Of a DNA stretch of 49,612 nucleotides, positions 1-9,107 are shown one piece after another. This DNA is from Erysipelotrichaceae bacterium. Its GTDB lineage: Bacteria > Bacteroidota > Bacteroidia > Bacteroidales > P3. How positions within the stretch are numbered: position 1 is the first letter of the stretch; every line of letters begins with the position of its first letter. Below the pieces are notes generated by a model. It was given only the letters and a program-made list of their open reading frames with translations, had not been told where the DNA came from and ran no database searches. Both the position numbers and the translations under genes were made by a program. The stretch covers positions 1 to 49,612 of the forward strand of contig CAVAII010000035.1 of NCBI GenBank assembly GCA_963588535.1. The letters are read 5' to 3'.

Positions 1-562
1 GATTAGAACAGATAGTATCATATATTATGATTACATTATACTTTGATTGTCTATTATTAAATCTTTTGTATAAATAATTATATCCTTTCGAGGTTCCATC
101 TTCTGGAATGTAGGTATTGAATGCAGAACATGGAAGATACAATATTGTAGAATCCTTTAATATATTATCTTTTTTATCAATAGAATTCTCCGACAGATTC
201 GGCGGCGTGGTTGGGTTCATCTCAATAGTATCCAAAGCACTATTGCCGTAAAATACATAATTGCCAATAGTGTCCACAGAGGCAGGAATAGAAACATAAT
301 TAAGTGTAGAGCAGTTATAAAAAGCACTATCACCGATTGCAGTTACAGAATATATCGTGCCGTTATCCGTTACACTATTTGGGATAACCAATTTGCCACT
401 ATAATGATTAGGATTGTGAATAACCTTAACTTGTTGAGTACTTGCAGAGATTACTTCATAATAGATACCATCTACACTAAACTGCGTCTGTGCTTTGATA
501 CTATTGACAAACAGTAAACAAAGTAAAATAGATAATATTTTTATGGGAGTACTCGTTCTCAT
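1..562 (-). CDS. BspA-like leucine-rich-repeat surface protein, 3' end cut by the window edge
   Basis: Absent from the ORF track because it runs off the window. ATG at 562-560. Translation starts MRTSTPIKILSILLCLLFVNSIKAQ (signal peptide), then KLVIPNSVTDNGTIYSVTAIGDSAFYNCSTLNYVSIPASVDTIGNYVFYGNSAL, matching BspA-type LRR units (IPxSVTxIGxxAFxxCxxL). No in-frame stop down to position 1. Confidence 0.6.
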   Translation of the reverse strand, partial: MRTSTPIKILSILLCLLFVNSIKAQTQFSVDGIYYEVISASTQQVKVIHNPNHYSGKLVIPNSVTDNGTIYSVTAIGDSAFYNCSTLNYVSIPASVDTIGNYVFYGNSALDTIEMNPTTPPNLSENSIDKKDNILKDSTILYLPCSAFNTYIPEDGTSKGYNYLYKRFNNRQSKYNVIIIYDTICSN

Positions 563-717
563 AATTTGTTTATTTTTTGGTCGTTTTAATTTATTTTTTT
601 AGATAGTAAAAATATGCTCAAATTTCTTTTTTTCTTGTGTGTTACTAATAATGCGTTAAAAACAAAGATATAGGTTAGCAAAGGCGTACGTCTCTACTAA
701 CCTATATTCTAAAACTA

Positions 718-3369
718 TTAATTATCAAAAATTATTTCACCAGTTTGTTTGCTGAATGTGAATGGACCAAAATCTTTTAAGCCATTCTTATTCAAAATCA
801 TTGTGTAGGTCATACCACTCTTGATTATAACCTCAAACTTATCAGCCGTGTATTGTCCTATGGTGGCGTTCTTAAATACCAAAGTAGCATTCTCTAAGAT
901 CTCGCCCTTAGAGTTGAAAGCACGGTCTTTGTCTTTGAAATCGTCCTTAGTTATTCTACCTGTCTTTAAGAATTTCATTGCTTGATCCCAATCCAAAACA
1001 GCAGCGTCTTTGTAGTTATCGTCATAGATAGTAGGGACTGCTGCACCATTTAGGATAATGTATATCTGTGCTTTGTCGCCGTCTATCATAGTTACAGGAA
1101 TGTGATTAGTAGTATAAACGATAGGGATATCTACCTCTGGTTGTGGCTTATTACCGCTGACCATATCTACAACAGAGGAGTTAAGCGAAGCATCTGCAAT
1201 AGAGTCCTTAACACGCTGAGAAACAAAGTCTGTCCTTAGGATACGGAACTCTGTCCTTCTGTTAAGTTGATGAGCGGCTTCTTTCTCTTCTTTGGTCTTT
1301 AAGGAGTTTATATAAGTATCCGTTAGGGTTACACCCTTAGGGAATTGGTATGTTTTCTTGCCTATTGTTACGAAAGCCTCACGTTTTAGAGTTCTTGGTA
1401 CTCTGTCTCCATATCCTTTGGCAATCAAACGTTCTGGCTCTATACCACGAGCAACTAAGAAATCTACAACGCTCTGTGCTCTACGTTGGCTAAGGGTGTC
1501 GTTGGTCAAAGCAGGGAACGGACGAGAGTCTGTATGAGATCCTAACTCAATAACATACGTAGGATTATTAACCAAGATAACTAACAAATCCGAAAGGGAG
1601 TCTTGATATTGATCCAAAAGATCCCATTTAGACAATTCGTATCTAATCTCAGGCAAAACGATAGGCTCTTTGCTAACAGGAACTAAACGGAAGTTATGAA
1701 CAATATCCTTAGAAGTAGTCAAACCAACAGTACTTTCCTTACCTTCGGTATTCATATAGTCGATTTGAGAAACTTTTAGGGTATAATTGACATTGTATTT
1801 GATCTGTTTATTATCGAAAGCGTATTTACCATCGGCATCTGTACGCACCTCTAATTGAGTGTTATCATCGCCAATAAGTTTAACCTTTGCACCCATAATA
1901 GATTGCATACTCTTGTCGTCTTTAACCTCGCCACTAATAGTATATAATAGAGGAGCACGATAGAAAGAGTAGATATCATAACCACCTACGCCACCTTCAC
2001 GATTAGAAGAAAAATAACCACTCTCCTCGGAGGCAAGGTTCTCATCGCTATTGCAATTGAAGATTATACCGACCTCATCGGCAGGCGTATTGATAGGGTA
2101 GCCAAGATTAACAGGGTCAGAGTATTCACCATCTTGAATCTCAGTGTAGAATAGATCATAACCGCCCATACCTTTCAAACCATCGGAAGAATAATAAAGA
2201 CGATCACCACGAAGGGTAGGGAACTCCTCTTTGCCAGCAGTATTGACCTTAGATCCTAAGTTAGTAATATTGCTAAAAGGTTCATTAACACTTGTACGAG
2301 TTGCCTTCCAAATATCATAATCACCTTGACCACCAGGACGATTAGAAGAGAAATAAATAGTTAGTTCGTCGTCCGTTACAGCAGGGTGGAAGTAGTTGTA
2401 ATTAGTATCGCCCAAGTCTAACATAACCCAACTATCGCCAGCGTTTTCCTTGTCTTTGCTACCTTTCTTATTGTTTTTGGTGTCTTTCTTTGTGTTCTTA
2501 GTGCTCTTATTATTGGATTTAGTATTTTTCTTACTCGATTTACTGTCCTTACTATCTTTTGGCTCAATAGCAGAGGAATATATAGCACAATTAAGTGTTA
2601 GGTTCTTTTTGACATTACAACGAGAGAAATAATAACGAGTACTTGTGCCGTTAGTTATCTTAACCAACTCTCCTTCGTTGGCTTCGGTGTTGATACCAGC
2701 AACTGACAATTCGTTAGCCTCCCCGAAAAGACCGCTTTTGAGTTTGCTAGCCGTGTAGATATCAGAGAAATACTCACCCGTCCAAGCGTCTTTGTCCTTG
2801 CTTTCGTCATTCTTACGAGAGGAAGAGAAAGTAATATTGGTACAGCCCTTCTCATCCCAAGTAGGTTTCCAATCATTCCACTCGGTATTAAGGTTCTTTT
2901 CGTTACGAATATCGTATTTACCAGGATTTTCCATAGCCTTCTTAGCAAAAGCAATACTCTCCAAACGAGTCTGTGCAAGAGGGTCATTAGGAACAAGTTT
3001 AAGATACTCTTTATAGTTGTATTCTGCGTTATCCCAATCCATTAGGTAACGTTGGAAGTCTGCCATATAGAGATAAAGTTTGGGTTGAACTTGATAATAT
3101 TGTGCTTTTACCAAACGTTGATAAGTCTTTATAGCACGCTCTTTATCGTCCAGATATCTATAACACTCTGATTTCTGCCATAGGATACGATTCTTTTCCT
3201 GACGATTCTTTTTTACCTTAGAATAGGCTTTGTCATATAATTCTAATGCAGTTATATATTGCTGACTATTAAATGCTTCGTCCGCTTTTTTCGTTAAAGA
3301 GTTCGATTGTGCAAAGATATTGAAACTCATTGCTACAAGCACTGCGAATATAATTTTCTTGCTACACAT
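718..3369 (-). CDS. PorE-like T9SS-associated OmpA-family protein (TPR, TolB-like beta-propeller, CarboxypepD_reg-like and OmpA_C domains, plus an extra C-terminal region)
   Basis: 883-aa ORF with signal peptide MCSKKIIFAVLVAMSFNIFAQ. TPR-like N-terminus. Repeated YFSS.R.GG.G.YDI(W/Y) PD40-type blades. ISGEVKDD...AKVKLIGDD resembles a CarboxypepD_reg fold. OmpA_C motifs LGSHTDSRP..NDTLSQRRAQSVVDFLV..GI..RL..KGYGD and NRRTEFRIL. This domain order matches P. gingivalis PorE (PG1058). Confidence 0.7.
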   Translation of the reverse strand: MCSKKIIFAVLVAMSFNIFAQSNSLTKKADEAFNSQQYITALELYDKAYSKVKKNRQEKNRILWQKSECYRYLDDKERAIKTYQRLVKAQYYQVQPKLYLYMADFQRYLMDWDNAEYNYKEYLKLVPNDPLAQTRLESIAFAKKAMENPGKYDIRNEKNLNTEWNDWKPTWDEKGCTNITFSSSRKNDESKDKDAWTGEYFSDIYTASKLKSGLFGEANELSVAGINTEANEGELVKITNGTSTRYYFSRCNVKKNLTLNCAIYSSAIEPKDSKDSKSSKKNTKSNNKSTKNTKKDTKNNKKGSKDKENAGDSWVMLDLGDTNYNYFHPAVTDDELTIYFSSNRPGGQGDYDIWKATRTSVNEPFSNITNLGSKVNTAGKEEFPTLRGDRLYYSSDGLKGMGGYDLFYTEIQDGEYSDPVNLGYPINTPADEVGIIFNCNSDENLASEESGYFSSNREGGVGGYDIYSFYRAPLLYTISGEVKDDKSMQSIMGAKVKLIGDDNTQLEVRTDADGKYAFDNKQIKYNVNYTLKVSQIDYMNTEGKESTVGLTTSKDIVHNFRLVPVSKEPIVLPEIRYELSKWDLLDQYQDSLSDLLVILVNNPTYVIELGSHTDSRPFPALTNDTLSQRRAQSVVDFLVARGIEPERLIAKGYGDRVPRTLKREAFVTIGKKTYQFPKGVTLTDTYINSLKTKEEKEAAHQLNRRTEFRILRTDFVSQRVKDSIADASLNSSVVDMVSGNKPQPEVDIPIVYTTNHIPVTMIDGDKAQIYIILNGAAVPTIYDDNYKDAAVLDWDQAMKFLKTGRITKDDFKDKDRAFNSKGEILENATLVFKNATIGQYTADKFEVIIKSGMTYTMILNKNGLKDFGPFTFSKQTGEIIFDN

Positions 3370-3413
3370 ATTATTGTTTGTTTACCCAATTATTTGTCAA
3401 TAAAATCCGAGGG

Positions 3414-3421
3414 CAAAGTTA
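3414..3421 (-). promoter_or_regulatory. Bacteroidota -7 promoter box (TAACTTTG on the minus strand) for the PorE-like gene
   Basis: The + strand reads CAAAGTTA, which is TAnnTTTG on the minus strand, about 45 nt upstream of ATG 3369. Confidence 0.45.
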
Positions 3422-3500
3422 CGAATATTTTTTTGAATAGTAACTATTTTATTGCTATTATTTTTAATTAAGGTGTAATTTTTATGTTTTGTACGCCAAA

Positions 3501-4142
3501 TTATTTGGATAGCGGAAGATAAACTATACGTTTGGTAATAAAGAAGTCATCGAGGAAGAAATCGTGAATATTGTAGATTTTATAGTTGCGTTTAAGGGTG
3601 GATAACTCTTGTTCGATATCTTCGCCTTTAAGGTAAAGGATACCATTAGGCATAGAGTTAAAAGAATTAGGGAGAATCTTGTTCTTGGTTATCTTCATAA
3701 AATCTGCCATATTAGTAACGGCACGAGAGACAACAAAATCATATTTATTCTTATCCTCCTCGCAAGGCAGTTGTTCGGCAATAACGTTCTTAAGTCCAAG
3801 AGTGTCTTTGATAGCATTTACTACCTTGATTTTCTTTGCTATTCTATCGATAAGATGAAATTTAGCCTCGGGCATAATGATAGCCAAAGGAATACCAGGA
3901 AAACCTCCGCCCGTACCAACATCAAGTATGGATGTATTCTCTTTGAAACGGATTATTTTGGCAATAGACAACGAGTGCAGGATATGATGAGTAAAGAGGT
4001 TGTCAGTATCTTTGCGAGAGATAACATTTATCTTGCTATTCCAATCTCTATAAAGCGAAGGAAGTAGGGCTAACTGATCTAACATAGAGTTTGTTACAAA
4101 AGGGAACTGATCTTTTATGTAGTTTATTTCTTTCTCTTGCAT
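3501..4142 (-). CDS. rsmG: 16S rRNA (guanine527-N7)-methyltransferase RsmG
   Basis: SAM-binding motif DVGTGGGFPGIPLAI and a GidB-like length. I start at the internal ATG 4142 (MQEKEINYIKDQ...). The ORF-track start at 4193 adds 17 atypical residues. Confidence 0.85.
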   Translation of the reverse strand: MQEKEINYIKDQFPFVTNSMLDQLALLPSLYRDWNSKINVISRKDTDNLFTHHILHSLSIAKIIRFKENTSILDVGTGGGFPGIPLAIIMPEAKFHLIDRIAKKIKVVNAIKDTLGLKNVIAEQLPCEEDKNKYDFVVSRAVTNMADFMKITKNKILPNSFNSMPNGILYLKGEDIEQELSTLKRNYKIYNIHDFFLDDFFITKRIVYLPLSK

Positions 4143-4265
4143 AATGATATAATAGTATAGTGCCAAAAAAATTATTCTATTAGAACAATCCATAAACGAA
4201 TTAGGGATTAATTCAATAATTAACTAAAACTATGTGGAGAAATCTAAATGTTGGTAAGGTTAAAG

Positions 4266-4350
4266 CGGAGAGTGAGGGATTCGAACCCCCGGAGGTGTTA
4301 CCCTCAACGGTTTTCAAGACCGCCGCTATCGACCACTCAGCCAACTCTCC
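4266..4350 (-). tRNA. tRNA-Ser (anticodon UGA)
   Basis: Minus-strand cloverleaf: acceptor GGAGAGT/ACTCTCC, anticodon loop CTTGAAA, long variable arm, T-loop TTCGAAT. 85 nt; CCA is not encoded. Confidence 0.9.
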
Positions 4351-4393
4351 ACTTGCAAAAGTACGACAATTTTCCAAACTGGCAAAATTTTTG

Positions 4394-5266
4394 TTATTTT
4401 TTTTCTAAAAAAATGAATCTTTCCTTATTGAATATATCCTTTTCGATGCGTGCAATAAATTCTGTTTGAGAGAATAACGCCAAAGTTTGCGAAGACAAAG
4501 AATTATTGATCTCCAAATAGACTTTTCCGCCTTTTTTTAGGAATTTTTGAGCGAAAAAAGCGATTTTTTTATAAAAAACTAACGGATTTTCGTTATTTAC
4601 GAACAAAGCCAGGTGTGGTTCGTAGTTTAGGACGTTTTTCTGCATCTCTTTTTTCTCTTTGTTCATTACGTAAGGAGGGTTAGAGACAATAATATCAAAG
4701 GGTTGCATAGTCTCAAATGCTGAAAAGTCATCGTTAAGCAAATCGAACAACATAGTCTCAACGCCCAGTCCTAACTCTTTGTTATTCTTTTTTACTACCT
4801 CAAGAGCCGCAGGGGAGACGTCCAAAGCCATTACCTTACTATCTTTTAGAAACTTATTCAAGGCTAAACCAATACACCCGCTACCCGTGCATAAATCTAT
4901 TATGTTTAGGTTCTCTCTTTGCTTGTTTTCCTTAATTATCTTGCTTACAAGTTCTTCTGTCTCAGGGCGTGGGATTAATACGTCCGTAGTTAATGAGATA
5001 TTTAGGTCAAGGAATTGAGTGTGGTGGAGAATATATTGAATAGGGACTTGTTTTTTGAGTTTCTCTGTTGCAAGGACTATGCGTAAAAGCGAAGATTCGT
5101 TGATATAATCGTCCATAAAAGCAAGTAAGTGAGCGGAGTTCATATCTGCATACTCCTCAAAAAGAATATTCTTAAAGGCTGTTATCTCTTCTTTGGGATA
5201 GACGTTGCGTAACTCGGCGTCTATGTAAGATAACACATCTTTTATTTTATTTGACTTAGTTTTCAT
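4394..5266 (-). CDS. prmC: Peptide chain release factor N5-glutamine methyltransferase PrmC/HemK
   Basis: SAM motif [13 protein letters not shown] and catalytic IVSNPPYV (NPPY). 290 aa. Confidence 0.85.
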   Translation of the reverse strand: MKTKSNKIKDVLSYIDAELRNVYPKEEITAFKNILFEEYADMNSAHLLAFMDDYINESSLLRIVLATEKLKKQVPIQYILHHTQFLDLNISLTTDVLIPRPETEELVSKIIKENKQRENLNIIDLCTGSGCIGLALNKFLKDSKVMALDVSPAALEVVKKNNKELGLGVETMLFDLLNDDFSAFETMQPFDIIVSNPPYVMNKEKKEMQKNVLNYEPHLALFVNNENPLVFYKKIAFFAQKFLKKGGKVYLEINNSLSSQTLALFSQTEFIARIEKDIFNKERFIFLEKK

Positions 5267-5274
5267 TATTTTTG

Positions 5275-5296
5275 TATATTTGCAGTTGCAAAGTTA
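5275..5296. promoter_or_regulatory. Divergent -7 boxes for ribD (+) and prmC (-)
   Basis: TATATTTG at 5275-5282 on the + strand, 23 nt before ribD ATG 5305. CAAAGTTA at 5289-5296 (TAACTTTG on the minus strand), 23 nt before prmC ATG 5266. Confidence 0.45.
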
Positions 5297-5304
5297 CGAA
5301 TAAT

Positions 5305-6366
5305 ATGCAGACGATTGACGAAAAATATATGGACCGTTGCTTTTTTTTAGCACAAAAAGGGGCGGGCAGTGTAGCACCAAATCCTATGGTAGGTGCTGTA
5401 ATAGTGCATAATAACGAGATTATAGGCGAGGGATATCATAAAAAATACGGCTTTGCTCACGCCGAAGTTAATGCCTTTGCATCGGTTAAGGACGAAAGCC
5501 TACTCGGTGACTCTACTATATATGTTAGTTTGGAGCCTTGTAGTCATTATGGTAAGACTCCGCCTTGTGCAGAGTTGTTGATAAAAAAGAATATCAAAAA
5601 ATGTGTTATCGCTAACGAAGACCCTAACCCAAAAGTCTCAGGTAGAGGAATACAGATGCTAAAAGATGCTGGTATAGAGGTAATTTGCGGAGTTAGTAAG
5701 GAAAAGGGTAGATTTATTAATCGCCGTTTCTTTTGTTATCAAGAGAAAAAGCGTCCTTATATAATATTGAAGATAGCACAGAGTTTTGATGGCTATATGG
5801 ATATCAACCTAAAAGGCGAGACTGATAGGCAGAATTGTTGGATAACCAACGATATGGCGAATGTATTGGTTCATAAGATGCGAAAAGAGGAAGGTGCTTT
5901 TATGGTCGGTGCTAATACGGTTAAGAACGATGATTGTCGCCTGAACACACGCCACTATTATGGGAGAAACCCTATTCGTTTGGTTTATGATAGGGATTTG
6001 AGTTTGGAAAAGAGCAAACACTTTTTTGACGATACGCAACGAACACTAATCTTTAATGATCTTAAGACAGAATTGATAGGACAGAACACACAATATATTA
6101 AGGTAGAGAAGGGAGAGAATTATATTAAGGAAATAGTAGATTATTTGTATAGTATAGGTGTGTCATCGTTGGTAGTAGAGGGCGGAAAAGATACATTAGA
6201 AAAGTTCTTAAAGAATGATTTATGGGACGAGGCGTTGGTTATTACTTCTAGTCAAAAGTTTTATAAGGGAATAAAAATACCTGTTATTGATACCCAATTA
6301 AAAGCAAGCACGAGTAGGATATCAGATAACAGGCTTGATTCTTATTATAATAATGATGCTTTCTAA
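5305..6366 (+). CDS. ribD: Bifunctional riboflavin biosynthesis protein RibD (pyrimidine deaminase and uracil reductase)
   Basis: CMP/dCMP deaminase zinc motifs HAEVNAF and EPCSHYGKTPPC, followed by a RibD_C reductase domain. I use ATG 5305 (MQTIDEKYMDRCF). Confidence 0.9.
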   Translation: MQTIDEKYMDRCFFLAQKGAGSVAPNPMVGAVIVHNNEIIGEGYHKKYGFAHAEVNAFASVKDESLLGDSTIYVSLEPCSHYGKTPPCAELLIKKNIKKCVIANEDPNPKVSGRGIQMLKDAGIEVICGVSKEKGRFINRRFFCYQEKKRPYIILKIAQSFDGYMDINLKGETDRQNCWITNDMANVLVHKMRKEEGAFMVGANTVKNDDCRLNTRHYYGRNPIRLVYDRDLSLEKSKHFFDDTQRTLIFNDLKTELIGQNTQYIKVEKGENYIKEIVDYLYSIGVSSLVVEGGKDTLEKFLKNDLWDEALVITSSQKFYKGIKIPVIDTQLKASTSRISDNRLDSYYNNDAF

Positions 6367-6445
6367 AAAACAGCACCTACTTAACGAGAAAGATAAAATA
6401 TTATTGTATAAAAACAGAAAATTCGATAAAAACAAAGAAATAGTT

Positions 6446-7639
6446 ATGCGAAGGGTACTATATTATATGGCGATTATTTGGTATAAAGTGGAGAATATTC
6501 TCCTAAAACTAATACCGAGTAAGGAGGAGAATACTATTGTATTATTAAGGACGGATAATATCGGCGATTTCCTTCTATGGACGGATAGTGCAAAGGAGTT
6601 TAGAAAACATTTCAAGGATAAAAAAATAGTACTTATTTGCAATACCTCGACTTGTACCATTGCCAAGATGCTACCTTATTGGGACGAGATAATAGGTGTA
6701 AGAGAACAGAAGATGCTGTTTAATCCTATATATAGACTGCGTTTGTTTATGAGTCTATCGAGGAGAAAGTTCCTGACAATCTACAATTGTGTCTATTCGC
6801 ATAATTATTTCGTTATGGATACAATAGTTAAGAACCTTAAAGCCAATGAGAAAATCGGCTATGATGGAGACTATACTAATATTAAGAATATCCTAAAAGG
6901 CTTCCGTTTCTCTGCTAACAAGATGGAGAGGATAAAAGAAAAACTCTCCCTTAAAACCAAGACTTATTATACTCAAATGGTTAAAGGCAGGGAAGGAATC
7001 CTAATGGAATTGTCTCGCAACGCAGATTTTATAAGGGGAACGATAAACAAAGACTTTCTTTCCTCTTTGCCGAGAATTGAGATAAAGACTACGGGCAAGG
7101 ACTTTGGACTAAAAGAGAATGAGTATATGGTCTTGTTTATAGGTTCAAGTAGTCTGCATAGAGCGTGGAATAGAGAGAAATACGCTCTTTTGATAGATAG
7201 CGTAAAAGAAAAAGTCGTAATCTGTGGCGGAAAGTCGGACGAGAGAGTACTTTCCGAGATCCTTCCACTCGTGCATAGAGAGGTGGTGGATTTGGTTGGC
7301 AAGACCTCTATGATGGATTTGTTCTCGGTTATCAAAAACGCTAAATATATAGTCACTAATGATACTTCTGCAGGGCATATCGCACCGATAGTAAGGACAA
7401 AGAGTGTTGTCTTGTTGCCTGGTAATTATCCTGGAAGATTTCACCCTTACAAAGTCGAAAACCTAACCGACAAGGACAAAGACTATCTTCCTAAGGCTAT
7501 ATATCATTCTATGGATTGCTTCAATTGTGCTAATTATTGCAAATACGTCCATGATCAACAAACCATCTGGCCATGTATAGACAAAATCCAAGTCGAAGAC
7601 GTATTAAAAGCGATAGAGGAGATAGAATTATCAAAATAA
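6446..7639 (+). CDS. Glycosyltransferase family 9 (heptosyltransferase-like)
   Basis: N-terminal IVLLRTDNIGDFLLW and C-terminal LVGKTSMMDLFSVIKNAKYIVTNDTSAGHIA match the GT9 pattern (..G.tsl.el..li..a.l.i.nDSG.mHlA). The start is uncertain: ATG 6446 is preferred, with 6353/6356 as alternatives. Confidence 0.7.
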   Translation: MRRVLYYMAIIWYKVENILLKLIPSKEENTIVLLRTDNIGDFLLWTDSAKEFRKHFKDKKIVLICNTSTCTIAKMLPYWDEIIGVREQKMLFNPIYRLRLFMSLSRRKFLTIYNCVYSHNYFVMDTIVKNLKANEKIGYDGDYTNIKNILKGFRFSANKMERIKEKLSLKTKTYYTQMVKGREGILMELSRNADFIRGTINKDFLSSLPRIEIKTTGKDFGLKENEYMVLFIGSSSLHRAWNREKYALLIDSVKEKVVICGGKSDERVLSEILPLVHREVVDLVGKTSMMDLFSVIKNAKYIVTNDTSAGHIAPIVRTKSVVLLPGNYPGRFHPYKVENLTDKDKDYLPKAIYHSMDCFNCANYCKYVHDQQTIWPCIDKIQVEDVLKAIEEIELSK

Positions 7640-7668
7640 TAGTTGTTGTGTTCTGTTCTCCATAAAGT

Positions 7669-7819
7669 CTGATTTTTTGTGTTAGAACCTTAGGGATTTG
7701 ATAAATGTTAATAAAGATTAGTTAAACAACTGTTCGGTAAGCGAATAAACGGAATGATGATGGACTGACTGACTGACAAACACTAGGGTCAGTCAGTCAG
7801 TCAGTCCGTCATTAAGGCA
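7669..7819. repeat. Intergenic repeat element, copy A, with a tetranucleotide-repeat hairpin (7762-7807)
   Basis: Homologous to the reverse complement of 33825-33955. Shared blocks: CTGA(A)TTTTTTGTGTT, TGTTAATAA, TAAGCGAATAAACG (14/14), CTAGGGTCAGTC and CGTCATTA. Stem GGACTGACTGACTGAC / GTCAGTCAGTCAGTC(AGTC)C; loop AAACACTAGG. Confidence 0.8.
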
Positions 7820-7900
7820 TTTTTTTGTGTGAGAAATTTAAGAAATCTATAAATGTTAATAGATATCCATTAAAGAATGGACAAGTAAGTGAATAATCAA
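7820..7900. repeat. Partial second (direct) unit of the same element
   Basis: TTTTTTTGTGTGAGAAATTTAAGAAATCTATAAATGTTAATAG...GTAAGTGAATAA aligns in direct orientation with 7674-7750 (TTTTTTGTGTTAGAACCTTAGGGATTTGATAAATGTTAATAA...GTAAGCGAATAA). Confidence 0.6.
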
Positions 7901-7911
7901 GAAAAGAATAG

Positions 7912-7983
7912 TATTCTCGGAGAGAATCGAACTCTCATCGTCAGAACCGGAATCTGAAATTCTATCCATTGAACTACGAGAAC
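7912..7983 (-). tRNA. tRNA-Arg (anticodon CCG)
   Basis: Minus-strand cloverleaf: acceptor GTTCTCG/CGAGAAT (G1:U72), anticodon stem TCAGA/TCTGA with loop TTCCGGT, T-arm GAGAG-TTCGATT-CTCTC. 72 nt. Confidence 0.9.
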
Positions 7984-8020
7984 TTGTTTCTATAATAAGA
8001 AATTCCTAAAATAGAATATT

Positions 8021-8971
8021 TTAACTCCAACCGTTGCGTTTGAATATAGTCCAAAACGTAGCAACGATAACTATCATTATTATGCAAATATACCAAAACG
8101 CATTAGGGTTGTTCTGAAACGGCAAATCCACATTCATACCATAGATACTACTAACCACGGTCATAGGGAGCATGACGGTCGAAATAATCGTAAGAGCCTT
8201 ATTAGTCTGATTGGCTTTGTTCGCCTGCAAAGAATCGAAAGTCTGAGCCAAACCATTAGTCAATTCTCCGTAGTCTTCCACCAAGTCGAACATTCTCTGA
8301 TATTGGTCCAAGATATTGCCCCAGTATTCCTCCATATCCTCTTGATAGCCTTTTATACTACCACTTTCAAACATGTGAAAGACTTTTAGTTGTGGCTTAA
8401 ACGAAGTATTCAGCGATACAAGGTTCTTGCGTGTAACCGTTAGGTGTTCTAAGACCATTTGAGCCTTTTTGGAAAAGATATCTGTGTTAAGGTTATCCAC
8501 GTCTGTACCGATCCTTAGAATCAAAGAATAAGTCTCAACCATTAGCCTATCCAAAAGATTGTATAACAATGCGTCAGAAGATCCGATAATATCCAAACTA
8601 TCGTCCTCAGGGTCGTTATCTCGTCTGGCTTTCTCGTCAATAAGTTGCTGACGATTGTTTTTCATCTCGTTGAACATATTCTTAACTACCCAATGTGAAG
8701 AACCTAAGGTAATTATATAGTCTTTGCCCCAGAATATCTTTACTTCTTTTAGCCTTATAAACTTGTTGGTCTTATCAAAATACGGAAAATGCAGAATAAT
8801 AAAGTAATATTCGTCATATTCGTCTATCTTAGGACGTTGATTAGAGGATTTACAGTCTTCTATATCCAAGGGGTGAAAATCAAATGTGTCCATAAGATAA
8901 GTATAGTCGGCATCTGTTGGATTAAATACATGATACCACTTAACATCGTCAAAATTTATTGTGTCAATCAT
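8021..8971 (-). CDS. corA: Magnesium/cobalt transporter CorA
   Basis: 316 aa. Two C-terminal TM helices carry the signature YGMNVDLPF (GMN motif). Confidence 0.85.
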   Translation of the reverse strand: MIDTINFDDVKWYHVFNPTDADYTYLMDTFDFHPLDIEDCKSSNQRPKIDEYDEYYFIILHFPYFDKTNKFIRLKEVKIFWGKDYIITLGSSHWVVKNMFNEMKNNRQQLIDEKARRDNDPEDDSLDIIGSSDALLYNLLDRLMVETYSLILRIGTDVDNLNTDIFSKKAQMVLEHLTVTRKNLVSLNTSFKPQLKVFHMFESGSIKGYQEDMEEYWGNILDQYQRMFDLVEDYGELTNGLAQTFDSLQANKANQTNKALTIISTVMLPMTVVSSIYGMNVDLPFQNNPNAFWYICIIMIVIVATFWTIFKRNGWS

Positions 8972-9006
8972 ACCTCAAAAAACCCCCTTTCTCACTTTTT
9001 GAGTTG

Positions 9007-9054
9007 CAAAATTACTGTTTTTTTGTCTCACTACAAAAAAAATTTGTATCTTTG
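9007..9054. promoter_or_regulatory. Divergent -7 boxes for corA (-) and pgk (+)
   Basis: CAAAATTA at 9007-9014 (TAATTTTG on the minus strand) lies upstream of corA ATG 8971. TATCTTTG at 9047-9054 lies upstream of pgk ATG 9108. Confidence 0.4.
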
Positions 9055-9107
9055 TACCATAAAACTGCATTTTTTTAGTAGAAAGAATAATAAATAACAT
9101 AACAAAA

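Noticed and set aside
3501-4193. Longer ORF-track starts for several genes (3501-4193, 5272, 6335, 12907-14460, 15737-16375, 30866, 33905, 40349)
   Set aside because: The N-terminal extensions use TTG or other upstream starts and overlap neighbouring genes, promoters or terminators. They also precede obvious signal peptides or family-typical N-termini, so internal ATGs were preferred.
4248-4469. 73-aa + strand ORF
   Set aside because: It is the reverse strand of tRNA-Ser plus the prmC 3' end, so the tRNA explains the sequence.
5267-5304. FMN riboswitch upstream of ribD
   Set aside because: Only ~38 nt separate prmC and ribD, and two promoter boxes occupy them. There is no room for an RFN element.
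7669-7983. tRNA-Arg-adjacent repeats as att sites of an integrated element
   Set aside because: No integrase, no duplicated tRNA 3' segment and no accessory genes adjoin the tRNA. The related copy at 33.8 kb is inverted and internal to an operon, so a simple attL/attR interpretation fails.
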